DNA from: Aureliella sp. | GTDB lineage: Bacteria > Planctomycetota > Planctomycetia > Pirellulales > Pirellulaceae | Direction of reading: 5' to 3' | Length of the DNA: 64,000 nucleotides | Assembly: GCA_963691875.1 (NCBI GenBank) | Contig: OY829846.1 | Span: forward strand, 4,288,001-4,352,000 | Shown here: positions 1 through 10,000 of the stretch, one piece after another | Numbering within the stretch: position 1 is the stretch's first letter | Layout: the number at the start of each line of letters is the position of its first letter | Program-made: the position numbers and the translations under genes | Notes under the pieces: generated by a model | Told to the model about the DNA's origin: nothing | What the model saw: only the letters and a program-made list of their open reading frames with translations | The model's database searches: none

Positions 1-1224
1 ATCGTCCTCGTCTTGCTGCGGTTCTTGGTTGGGCTCTGGAGCTAGGGCTCGGCTGTACCGACAAAACACGATGGCGAGTGGTGCGGTGGCTAGAGCTCCT
101 AGGGTGTACGTGACAATGGGCGCAGCAACGTTTGGTAGATAGATGTGCAGCGAGTAGATTGGTTTCCAAAACGCTCGGAATACCAAAAGCCCAAGCCAGA
201 CCCAAACGGTGAGATCTGCCATCCAAGCCACTGCAGCAAATCTTCGCAAGCATCGTAGAGCGATGATCGCACACAGCAACAAGACAAAGGTTAGTGGGAT
301 GACCGACTGCCATCCCGTCAGTGCTCCGGCTACGGCCAGGGCGCCAACGAACTGACGTGCACCGGAAGTTTCTCGATCAGAGCTCATTAAGCTACGGTCA
401 AATCCGGGGTAGAGCAGAGGAGCCAGTAAACGAGCCATGGCGATGCCAGCGACGCAACCGCAAAGCACAGTCGCAAGTGCATCCAGGCGTACATCGACCC
501 CTGCAGGAAGGAATTTGCGCCAACGAATGATCTGGCTTTGTGGTATCACGATCGCGGCGACAACAATTGCCAGTAGGCACCAGAGATAAAGTCCTAATGG
601 TACCTTTTGTTTGCGCACCGCAATGAGAGCAGCGGCGATCAGTCCACCGAGCGCAAAAGCGTGGATGATCATTCTGACCACCAACTCGGTAGAGACAGTG
701 ACACGTGCCAATGCGCTGGCTCCGAAGGGTAGACCAGCCACTCCAGGAAGATTGCGTCCGCCAGAATAGAACTCAGAGTAATAAAGGACCGAAAAGACGA
801 TTGCGACTGCTATTTCGATGACTACGTATCTTGCCGGAATGGGCAAGCGACAAGTGCGGCATCGTCCACGGAGCTTGAACCAGCTCAGAATTGGGATATT
901 GTCGCTTCGCGAAATGGCCGTACAGCAGTAGGGACATTGCGAGTTGCCTCCAATTCCTCGCCCCTGCGGCAAGCGAAATGCGACCACGTTCAGAAAGCTT
1001 CCGATCGACGCGCCGACTGCGAAGAACCAGCAAGCAACCGTTACGTCGAGCAAAGCGGACACAACTGCGGAGTGCCAATCGACCAACTCGCCGAACTTCG
1101 CAAACGTAGATGCCCCGATCAGTATTTGGACAAACACATATAGTGCAACGCAACTCAGTATTGATAGCCAAGCGATGCGATAGGGCCAGTTCGGGCGCCG
1201 TCTGGGGCTTCTGCGTTTGCTCAT
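1..1224 (-). CDS. Prepilin peptidase (A24/PilD)-like membrane protein, 3' end runs off the window; catalytic Asp residues appear absent
   Basis: Not in the ORF track because it is open at the window edge. Manual translation from ATG 1224 gives MSKRRSPRRRPNWPYRIAWL...GASIGSFLNVVAFRLPQGRGIGGNSQCPYCC...DNIPILSWFKLRGRCRTCRLPIPARYVVIE, the PilD N-terminal Cys-rich domain, followed by multiple TM helices. No stop down to position 1. Confidence 0.85.
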   Translation of the reverse strand, partial: MSKRRSPRRRPNWPYRIAWLSILSCVALYVFVQILIGASTFAKFGELVDWHSAVVSALLDVTVACWFFAVGASIGSFLNVVAFRLPQGRGIGGNSQCPYCCTAISRSDNIPILSWFKLRGRCRTCRLPIPARYVVIEIAVAIVFSVLYYSEFYSGGRNLPGVAGLPFGASALARVTVSTELVVRMIIHAFALGGLIAAALIAVRKQKVPLGLYLWCLLAIVVAAIVIPQSQIIRWRKFLPAGVDVRLDALATVLCGCVAGIAMARLLAPLLYPGFDRSLMSSDRETSGARQFVGALAVAGALTGWQSVIPLTFVLLLCAIIALRCLRRFAAVAWMADLTVWVWLGLLVFRAFWKPIYSLHIYLPNVAAPIVTYTLGALATAPLAIVFCRYSRALAPEPNQEPQQDEDD

Positions 1225-1364
1225 CCGTTGCAGTTGAAGCGTCAAGCGACAAACTTGTGCTGCCGCAGTCTAGTTGATTCGGGAAGCGATTAAGTATAGC
1301 TACTTCTCGCTTCTTGCTTAGACAGGCAGCTGTGTGAGAGCTCAGATGAAAGAGGCGAGAAGAG

Positions 1365-2855
1365 ATGGAAACTGAAGTTCCAAGAATACGAATTCGACCA
1401 TCCAACGAGCAGCCTGTCTCCGTGGATCGCGATATTGTTGTGTACTGGATGACCGCTTTTCGTCGGATGCGTTACAACTTTGCGCTGCAGTACGCGATAG
1501 ATTACGCAAATCATCTCGGCAAGCCACTTGTGATTCTGGAGGCTCTTCGGCTCAGGTATCGTTGGGCCAGTGATCGATTTCATCGCTTTATCATCGAGGG
1601 TATGCGCGACAATCAAGCGGCTTGCGAGAGTCAAGTGGTTCTCTACTATCCTTATGTTGAGTCGCAATTGGGCGAGGGTTCTGGGCTTGTGGCTTCGCTG
1701 GCCGAGCGGGCTTGTGTGATGGTCACCGATGACTTTCCATGTTTTTTCCACCCGCGAATGATTCGAGCAGTGGCAAAGAAGCTTCCGGCTCGCTTGGAAT
1801 TAGTAGACTCGAACTGCTTGATGCCGCTCGCACATGCCGAACGCACTTTCACGGTGGCTCATTCTTATAGACGTTGGATGCAAAAGGAGCTTCCACTGCA
1901 CTTGGAAGACATGCCAGAGGAGGCTCCACTAGAGCGACTTGGTTCGAAACGCGGTAAACAAGTAAGGCCATGTAAAGAATTGCAGCTGAAGCTCGAGTCG
2001 ATCTTCAAGTCCTGGCCTAGGGCAGAATTAGATTCTTTGCTCACGCCAGAGGGGCTTGCGAAACTTCCCATTGACCACGGTGTCGGATCGGGAGTCGTCG
2101 AAGGAGGTGCCGCAACGGCGGGGGAACTGCTGGAGCAATTCCTGAACAACCGAATCGGCAGCTACGGAGAAGATCGGAATGTGCCGGATAAGGTTGGTTC
2201 CAGCGAACTCTCTCCTCATTTGCACTTTGGGCATATTGCTCCGCAAGAAGTCTTCTTGCGTCTCATGGAGCACGAAGGTTGGACGCCGGAGAAGCTTCAG
2301 AAGCCGAATGGTAAAATGAATGGATTTTGGGGCGTCAGCGAAGAGGCCGAGGCCTTCATCGACCAGCTTTGTACCTGGCGCGAAATTGGCTTCAACATGT
2401 GTTGGCGCGAGCCGAACTACGAGCGGCTCGAATCTTTACCAGAGTGGACTCAGAAGACGATAGAAGACCACGCTGGGGATGAGCGTGAGTATGTTTATTC
2501 CTTGGAGCAATTCGAAAACTCAGAGACTCATGACGAGATCTGGAACGCTGCGCAACGCCAGCTCGTTCGCGAAGGTCGCATCCACAATTACCTGAGAATG
2601 CTCTGGGGCAAAAAGATCTTGCATTGGACGCCATCCGTTGCAGAAGCACTCGAGATCATGATCGAGCTCAACAACAAATATGCGCTTGACGGCCGCGATC
2701 CCAATTCTTACAGCGGAATCTTCTGGGTGCTTGGCAGGTACGATCGCGCGTGGGGACCGGAACGGCCGATTTTTGGAAAAATACGCTACATGACCAGTGA
2801 AAGCACGGCTAGAAAGTACAGCTTGAAGCAGTATTTGAAACGCTTTGCTGAGTGA
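1365..2855 (+). CDS. phrB: Class II CPD (deoxyribodipyrimidine) photolyase
   Basis: Motifs YWM..R..NFAL, LSPHLHFGHI, HNYLRMLWGKKIL, DGRDPNSYSGIFW and DRAWGPERPIFGKIRYM are typical of class II photolyases. Confidence 0.93.
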   Translation: METEVPRIRIRPSNEQPVSVDRDIVVYWMTAFRRMRYNFALQYAIDYANHLGKPLVILEALRLRYRWASDRFHRFIIEGMRDNQAACESQVVLYYPYVESQLGEGSGLVASLAERACVMVTDDFPCFFHPRMIRAVAKKLPARLELVDSNCLMPLAHAERTFTVAHSYRRWMQKELPLHLEDMPEEAPLERLGSKRGKQVRPCKELQLKLESIFKSWPRAELDSLLTPEGLAKLPIDHGVGSGVVEGGAATAGELLEQFLNNRIGSYGEDRNVPDKVGSSELSPHLHFGHIAPQEVFLRLMEHEGWTPEKLQKPNGKMNGFWGVSEEAEAFIDQLCTWREIGFNMCWREPNYERLESLPEWTQKTIEDHAGDEREYVYSLEQFENSETHDEIWNAAQRQLVREGRIHNYLRMLWGKKILHWTPSVAEALEIMIELNNKYALDGRDPNSYSGIFWVLGRYDRAWGPERPIFGKIRYMTSESTARKYSLKQYLKRFAE

Positions 2856-2969
2856 GTGCTGGGCAATGGATGCGAATTTCGACACACCGCGCAATGGATC
2901 TTGAGTTGTGGCATCTGGAAAGGATTATCCGCTCCCAATCGATTGCGTATCAACTCGCCGAGGTCGTTG

Positions 2970-4283
2970 ATGGTTTCCCGCTCGACCAAATCTTCTTCCC
3001 GTTCCGATAGATCCACATGGCTCAAGCCGCTTTGGCCTCGCAAGCCCATTGAGATTTCTCGTTGGGACATGCTCCGTGTTATTCCGCGTCTTCTGGGTGG
3101 CAAGCGTCGTGAAGCATGCGAAGAGTCAATTGGCGAGTTTTGGGGACAGCCTGTATATGTCGGCCTTTCTGAGCGAAGTTGTTTTGACCTTTTCTTGAGC
3201 GCGTTGAAGTTGTCTCAAGGAAGTGAAGTTCTTGTATCGGCTATTAATATCGATGGAATGCGGCGCATTCTTGAAGAGCACGGCTTGGTGCCTGTTCCGA
3301 TAGACATCTGTCCTGCGAATCTTGAAATAGATTTGGTTCAGGGGCGGGAACGCATCTCTTCCAAGACAAGAGCTGTATTGTTCGCCCATCTGTTTGGAGC
3401 GCGAAGCAATATGGCAGCGATCGTCGACTTTTGCCAGAGCTATGGCTTACAACTGTGGGAGGATTGTGCGCAGGTTTTCGATGGGGAGTATCGGGGGGAT
3501 GAACGAGCCGATTTGCGGCTTTTTAGCTTTGGTCCCATTAAAACTTTTTCGGCCTTGGGTGGCGGTGTAGCAGTTTGCAAAGATCTAGCTGTGCAGAAAC
3601 GAATGTGTGACTCGGGCAAGCAACTGCCACGCCAGCATAACTATCAATACGCGGCTCGGGTCGCGAAATACTTCAGTATCCAAGCCGTTACCTCGCCTGC
3701 TGTTTACCGATGGGTAATGCGACTGATTCCAGGAACCCGGGAACAAAGGGATGCTTGGTTGGTTTTACTTTTTCGAAACACTTCACAGCAAGATCGATTC
3801 TTTCGATCGATTCGTCGGCAGCCCTCGACGGTACTCCTTCAAACCTTGGAGCGGCGGATTGTTGGTCGGTTGGACGTTGAGCCAGAACGCGATCAGCGCG
3901 GAAAGCTTCTGGCTGAGCTACTTTCTCTTCGACTGAGGATTCGGCCAAGTGTGGCGGGACAAAGTACGGAGAAACATCGTTACTGGGTATTTCCCGCATT
4001 CATTGAGAGCTCGCAAACCCTGCTGAATAATCTGGAAAACGAAGGCTTTGACGTGACCTCGCGCTGCCAGCTCTCGGTGCTCGAACTGCCGGATTATCCT
4101 ACCCCAGCGGCCCGATCGCTAAGAAATTCCATCGTCTTCTTGCCTTGCTATACCGGGATGCCGGAGGACGAACTGCGAAGGCTAGTCGAATTATTGGTGC
4201 TGCTGACAGATGTAGCCCCGGCGGAGGAGAACCGTAGAATAGAGGCGATACCTAACTCTTCTAAGATTGCCGTTTCGCGATGA
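2970..4283 (+). CDS. DegT/DnrJ/EryC1/StrS-family PLP-dependent aminotransferase (start uncertain)
   Basis: HLFG, EDCAQ and SFGPIKTFSALGGG (PLP Lys) motifs. The ORF track starts at 2856; ATG 2970 or later is more plausible. Confidence 0.8.
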   Translation: MVSRSTKSSSRSDRSTWLKPLWPRKPIEISRWDMLRVIPRLLGGKRREACEESIGEFWGQPVYVGLSERSCFDLFLSALKLSQGSEVLVSAINIDGMRRILEEHGLVPVPIDICPANLEIDLVQGRERISSKTRAVLFAHLFGARSNMAAIVDFCQSYGLQLWEDCAQVFDGEYRGDERADLRLFSFGPIKTFSALGGGVAVCKDLAVQKRMCDSGKQLPRQHNYQYAARVAKYFSIQAVTSPAVYRWVMRLIPGTREQRDAWLVLLFRNTSQQDRFFRSIRRQPSTVLLQTLERRIVGRLDVEPERDQRGKLLAELLSLRLRIRPSVAGQSTEKHRYWVFPAFIESSQTLLNNLENEGFDVTSRCQLSVLELPDYPTPAARSLRNSIVFLPCYTGMPEDELRRLVELLVLLTDVAPAEENRRIEAIPNSSKIAVSR

Positions 4284-4338
4284 GCAATTGAACTAGGTTG
4301 GCCGATCGTACCAAACTCCACCCGCGCCCCATCCGAAA

Positions 4339-5916
4339 ATGTCTTCTGCAGTATCCACGCTCAGTATCGACCAAGTGGCAAATGAGCCCGTTGCCGTAAT
4401 TGATATAGGTGCGATGAGTATTCGAATGGCCATCGCTGAGATCGATGACGCAGGGAACGTGCATTTACTGGAGAGTCTTTCCCAGGCAGTCACGTTGGGT
4501 AAGGATACCTTTACGTCACGTCGGATTCGCAAGTCATCCATTGAGCAGTCGGTTCGCGTTTTAAGAAGCTACCGGCACTTGTTGGCTGAGTACGGAATCG
4601 ACCAGCCCGACAGAATTCGTGTCGTTGGAACCAGTGCAGTTCGAGAAGCCGCCAATCGCTTGGCCTTCATTGATCGTGTTTTCATCGCTACCGGACTCGA
4701 AGTCGAGCCGCTGGACGAAGCTGAAGTCAATCGCATCACGTACATGGGCATCCAGCCGCAGCTGCAGGCTGATCCCAAACTGGCGGCAAGCCGCTCTGTG
4801 GTAGTTGAAGTGGGAGGTGGTTCCACTGAGATTTTGGTGGTCCAGTCAGGAAACGTGCTGTTCTCGAACACTTATCGCTTAGGCTCCTTGCGTCTGCTCG
4901 AATCGCTTGAGAAGCTCAACGCACCGACGCAGAAGCAACGAGTCGTGTTAGAGAGTCAGATTTTACGCATCGTGGCTCAGATCCGCGAGCATATCAGTGC
5001 TGAGTCACCGCTTGAGATGGTTGCACTTGGCGGCGATGTTCGTTTTGCTGCGAACAACTTGATGGAAGCCTGGGACGGTGATCAAGTAGCGCACCTCAGC
5101 GTGGATCGCTTAAATGACTTCACGCGAGACATGCTCCAGTTGACTGACGAAGAAGTCGTAGGGCGCTACGGTACAAGTTTTCAAGATGCGGAAACAGTTG
5201 GTCCTGCTTTGTTGTGCTATGTCTTACTCGCTCGAGCTTTCGATCAAGAAGAGATCGCGATATCGAACACGAACTTGCGCGATGGGCTGTTGCAGGACCT
5301 TGCGATTCGCGACGTCTGGACGGCAAACTTTCGCAGTCAAATCATTCGCTCAGCCGTCACGCTCGGCCGGCGATATGACTTTGACGAAAAGCACGCCAGG
5401 CATGTTGCCACCTTGTGCCGCAAGTTGTTTTCTGACTTGCAGGATGAACACAAGCTCGAACCGCGAATGGAGTTGATTCTCTATCTCGCTGCTTTGCTGC
5501 ACGAAATCGGCTTGTACATCAATACTCGCAGCAATCATAAGCACGCGATGTACTTAATTCGTCACAGCGAATTTTTTGGATTGAGCCGAAAGGATCGTCT
5601 TCTGGTTTCCTTGGTGGCTCGCTATCATCGTCGCAGCAGCCCGCAGCCTCAGCATGATGGTTATTCAAACTTAGATCGAACGGACCGCGTCGCCGTGTCC
5701 AAGCTTGCCGCAGTCCTGCGAATTGCGATTGCTTTGGATGAATCGAGAAGTCAGCGGATTACGGACATTCAAAGCCGCATGGACGGCAAGAAACTCGTTA
5801 TCACCGCAAATAGTGTTGACGATATTTCGCTCGAGCAGCTGGCTTTGAGGCAAAGCGGAAATCTCTTCGAAGAGACTTACGGCATCCCCGTGCAGATCCG
5901 GGCATCTCGAAGCTAG
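4339..5916 (+). CDS. ppx: Ppx/GppA exopolyphosphatase family protein with C-terminal HD-like domain
   Basis: IDIGAMSIRM, GTSAVREAAN, EVGGGSTE, LRDGLL and LHEIG motifs. Confidence 0.9.
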   Translation: MSSAVSTLSIDQVANEPVAVIDIGAMSIRMAIAEIDDAGNVHLLESLSQAVTLGKDTFTSRRIRKSSIEQSVRVLRSYRHLLAEYGIDQPDRIRVVGTSAVREAANRLAFIDRVFIATGLEVEPLDEAEVNRITYMGIQPQLQADPKLAASRSVVVEVGGGSTEILVVQSGNVLFSNTYRLGSLRLLESLEKLNAPTQKQRVVLESQILRIVAQIREHISAESPLEMVALGGDVRFAANNLMEAWDGDQVAHLSVDRLNDFTRDMLQLTDEEVVGRYGTSFQDAETVGPALLCYVLLARAFDQEEIAISNTNLRDGLLQDLAIRDVWTANFRSQIIRSAVTLGRRYDFDEKHARHVATLCRKLFSDLQDEHKLEPRMELILYLAALLHEIGLYINTRSNHKHAMYLIRHSEFFGLSRKDRLLVSLVARYHRRSSPQPQHDGYSNLDRTDRVAVSKLAAVLRIAIALDESRSQRITDIQSRMDGKKLVITANSVDDISLEQLALRQSGNLFEETYGIPVQIRASRS

Positions 5917-6078
5917 TGCCTTGGCAGCTGCGACCCTAGGTAGAGAATAGCTGATGGTCTGCTTGGCATCGGGATGATCTTTGCTCGGTTTCGACGTGAT
6001 TTGGCGTCACGACGCTCTTCCAAGTGCAAAACTCCGTAACAATAAGGGCACAGATTCTCAAACCCTCGAAAGCGACGC

Positions 6079-7068
6079 ATGTTTGCGAAGATCAGTAGTG
6101 CAGGCCGAACCGACATTGGAAAGAAGCGCGACACGAACCAGGATCAGTACCTGATCGCGGACTTGAATAAATCCATGTTGGTGCAGTCGACGAGTCTTCA
6201 CCTTGAGGCGCAATCGCGCTTGTACGGCATGTCTCACGGCAAACTCTTCATGGTCGCCGACGGGATGGGTGGGCATCGTGGTGGCGATCGGGCAAGTACG
6301 CTCGCGATCGATCTGCTGATCAATCAGCTTCTAAACAGCATGCACTGGTTCTTTCAGATGGATATCGATCTGGAGGACCGCGAGCAGGGCTTCATCGAAG
6401 ACTTAAAACGCATGCTCCAGCGTGCTCACGAAGCCATCGAGCAGGAATCCAGCGAAGAAAAGGGTACAGCTGGAATGGGAACCACGCTGACCATGGCCTA
6501 CGTTATCTGGCCCTGGATGTATGTTGTCCATGCAGGCGACAGTCGCTGCTATCTGTTACGCAACAATGAAATCAAACAGCTCACCCGTGATCACACTGTT
6601 TCCAATCGGCTGATGGAGAAGGGCGGTATGACAGAGGCCGAGGCGGAGAAGTCGCCTTGGAGCAATGTTCTCTACAACGCACTCGGGGCCGGTGCCAGCG
6701 AAGTCAATGCCGAGGTCCACCGTGTCGCGCTGAAGCCGAACGACATGATCATGCTGTGCAGCGATGGCCTATATCGCTACCTCAAAGATGAAGAAATACG
6801 GGATATGTTACAGACCGAGATCGAACCCCTGGAGTGCTGTCGTTCCTTGATTGAGGTTGCCAACTTCCGAGGAGGTGCGGACAATATTACCGCCATCGTT
6901 GCGAAGCTTCATACCCCCGACGAAGACCAACCCAAAACGAGAGTGGCAGCAGAAGTTACCCTGGAGCGACTGCTTAGCGATGTCACCGGTTACCACCCCC
7001 GAAACTCAGGTGCAAAAACTAGCGAAATGCCGCCAGGTGCCGAACTTGTTGATACACATGAGAGTTAA
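6079..7068 (+). CDS. PP2C/PrpC-type Ser/Thr protein phosphatase
   Basis: NQD, VADGMGGH, MGTT, HAGDSR, LCSDGL and GGADNIT motifs. Confidence 0.93.
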   Translation: MFAKISSAGRTDIGKKRDTNQDQYLIADLNKSMLVQSTSLHLEAQSRLYGMSHGKLFMVADGMGGHRGGDRASTLAIDLLINQLLNSMHWFFQMDIDLEDREQGFIEDLKRMLQRAHEAIEQESSEEKGTAGMGTTLTMAYVIWPWMYVVHAGDSRCYLLRNNEIKQLTRDHTVSNRLMEKGGMTEAEAEKSPWSNVLYNALGAGASEVNAEVHRVALKPNDMIMLCSDGLYRYLKDEEIRDMLQTEIEPLECCRSLIEVANFRGGADNITAIVAKLHTPDEDQPKTRVAAEVTLERLLSDVTGYHPRNSGAKTSEMPPGAELVDTHES

Positions 7069-7071
7069 GTC

Positions 7072-10000
7072 GTGGACCTTTCTTCGATTGCGTCGCAGCT
7101 AGAATCTTGCGATGCGAGTGACCTGCAAAGTGTTGCTCAAGCTAGCGTTGCTCTTGCGCGTCAGATCCAGACTCGTGCCAAGGAGTTGCAGACTCCGGCC
7201 GAACGTCGTCAGCAGGCCGAGCTGGACCGTATGGTGCAGCACCCGCGCGACAAAGCGATCCTTACGCAGCTGACCGATCAAGCCTTTCGTTCAGAAACTG
7301 CTGCACGAGCCGCAGACCAGCTCGTGCACATTCTCGATGTCCAAGGTATTCCGCGCTTCTTCAGTCCAATCGAGCGGACCATGCTTCGCGGCTTCCAGTC
7401 CTTTGGTGGTTATCTACCTGGCGTTGCTGTTCCGCTCGTAAAAGAAAAGATGCGGCAAGAAACGGCGAACGTCATTTTGCCTGCTGAGAAAGAGATGCTG
7501 CAAAAGCACCTTTTCGAGCGACGCGGCGAAGGCGTGCGTATGAACGTTAACTTTCTTGGGGAAGCAATTCTTGGTGAGAAAGAGGCTCAGCGTCGTTTGG
7601 AATCGTATCTCAACGCGCTCCAGCTACCCGAGATCGAGTGCGTGTCGGCCAAGATCTCCACGCTTTACTCGCAGATCTCGACTCTGGCCCGCGAAGAAAC
7701 GATTCGTACGGTTGGGAATCGACTCGAGCTGCTTTATCGCGCGGCCAACCGTCATCGTTTCAAACGAAAAGACGGCTCGGAAGTGGCCAAGTTCGTGTAC
7801 TTGGACATGGAAGAATATCGGGACATGTCGTTGACCTCCGAAGTTTTCATGCAGACGCTCGATCGCAAAGGCATGGAGCAAGTGCGAGCTGGGATTGCGC
7901 TGCAAGCCTACGTTCCAGACAGTTTTCCTGTGCAGCAGCAAATCACCGAATGGGCCAAGAAGCGAGTAGCGAATGGTGGTGCGCCCGTGACGATTCGCAT
8001 CGTCAAAGGCGCCAACATGGAGATGGAACGTGTCGAGGCCTCGCATCGCGGTTGGCAGCAGGCTCCGTATCAAGAGAAGCCCGACACCGACGCAAACTAC
8101 AAGCAAATGGTGGTCTACGGTTTGCAGCCTGAAAACATGGCTGCTGTCCGCCTCGGTATTGCGAGCCACAATCTATTCGAAGTTGCCTTTTCTATAGTGT
8201 TGGCAGCAAAGCTGAACGTCATTGAGCACATCCAGTTCGAGATGCTCGAAGGCATGGCCAATCACCAGCGTCGAGCGTTGCACGAGATGGTCGATAACTT
8301 GCTTCTTTATGCGCCAGCCTGCCAACGCAAAGACTTCATTCATGCGATTGGTTATCTCGTGCGTCGGATGGACGAGAATACGGGCCCTGATAACTTCTTG
8401 CGCCACGCCTTCAAGATCGAAGTTGACAGTCCTGACTGGCAGAAGATGGAGAATCTCTTCTTGGATTCGATCGGGCGAATGAGCATGGTTCAAGTTGGCC
8501 CGCGTCGCAAACAAGATCGACGTACCGAAGGGTTCGCTGCCCCCGCTCCAGCTGACTGGCGGTTGCTAGAAAATGAACCAGATACCGATTTCTCGCTGAA
8601 GCAGAATGCGGTTTGGACGCAGCAAATCGTCGACACCTGGCAGCCGCGTTGCGACTCGGCTGCAACTGAGATTCCGCTTGCGATCAACGGCGAAGACCAA
8701 GCTGGGGAGGGCGCTGCGTTTGAGTCGGCAGATCCATCCCGACCTGGAGTTGTAGCTGCCAAGTATGCTCAAGCAAGCGAATCGCAAATCAAGACATCAC
8801 TTGAGTGCGCCGTTTCCGATTCAAGTGGTTGGCGAAAGTGCGGCGTGGAGGAACGCTACGAGTTGTTGCGAAAAGTGGCAGAAGAGATCCGTCGCCGTCG
8901 TGGTGATCTTGTGGGAGCTGCCATGGCGGATGCTGGGAAGATCGCAACGGAAAGTGATCCGGAGATTTCAGAGGCAGTGGACTTTGTGGAGTTCTATGCC
9001 AAGACCGCACTCGAGTTGCAGCAAGAGCAACGATTCGGAGCCAAGCCCGTTGGCACGGTGATTGTAGTTAGTCCTTGGAATTTTCCAATTGCAATTCCTT
9101 GCGGCGGGATCGCGGCAGCGCTGGCAGCAGGCAATACAGTCATTCTCAAGCCGGCCTCGGACACGGTCTTGCCTGCTCGTGTTCTCTGCGAGTGTTTCTG
9201 GGATGCTGGCGTGCCGCGTGAAGCCCTGCAGTTGGTGGCTTGCAGTGGTCGTGCTGCGGGTGAGTTCCTGTTGGCGGACGAGCGTGTGCAAACTGTCGTT
9301 CTGACTGGAGGCACTGAGACCGCCCAGCGTATCTTGGCTTCGCGCCCAGATTTGCATTTGCTGGCCGAAACGGGAGGAAAGAATGCGACGATCGTATCGA
9401 GCTTGAGTGATCGTGACTTGGCGATCAAGAACGTGTTGCACTCTGCGTTTTCTCATTCAGGGCAAAAGTGCAGTGCGACGAGTCTGTTGATCCTCGAACA
9501 AGAGGTTTACGAAGACAAAGACTTCAGGGGATCGCTGGAAGACGCGATTCAGAGTCTTACGGTCGGTTCTGCCTGGGATCTCAAGACCAAGATGGGACCC
9601 CTCATTCGACCGCCTCAGGGCGATTTGGCTCGTGGTTTGAAAGAGCTGGAGCCCGGTGAATCCTGGGCGGTGATGGCTCGCGACTTGCAAGACAATCCGT
9701 GCTTGTATTCACCAGGACTCAAGTGGGATGTCGCACCCGGTAGCTTCACGCACTTGACTGAGTTGTTTGGCCCTGTGCTCGGTGTGATGCCATATCGTGA
9801 TTTGAACTCTGCGATCGATCTTGTGCACCAAACAGGCTTTGGCTTGACCAGTGGTTTCGAGAGTCTCGACGATCGCGAGCAAGAGATTTGGACCTCTCGA
9901 CTGCAGGCAGGGAATCTCTACGTCAATCGTCCCACGACGGGCGCAATCGTTTTGCGTCAGCCATTCGGCGGCATGGGCAAGAGTGCCTTTGGTCCGGGCA

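Noticed and set aside
773..1405. 210-aa minus-strand ORF from the track
   Set aside because: It is an off-frame shadow of the real prepilin-peptidase-like gene (1224 to <1) and overlaps the photolyase start.
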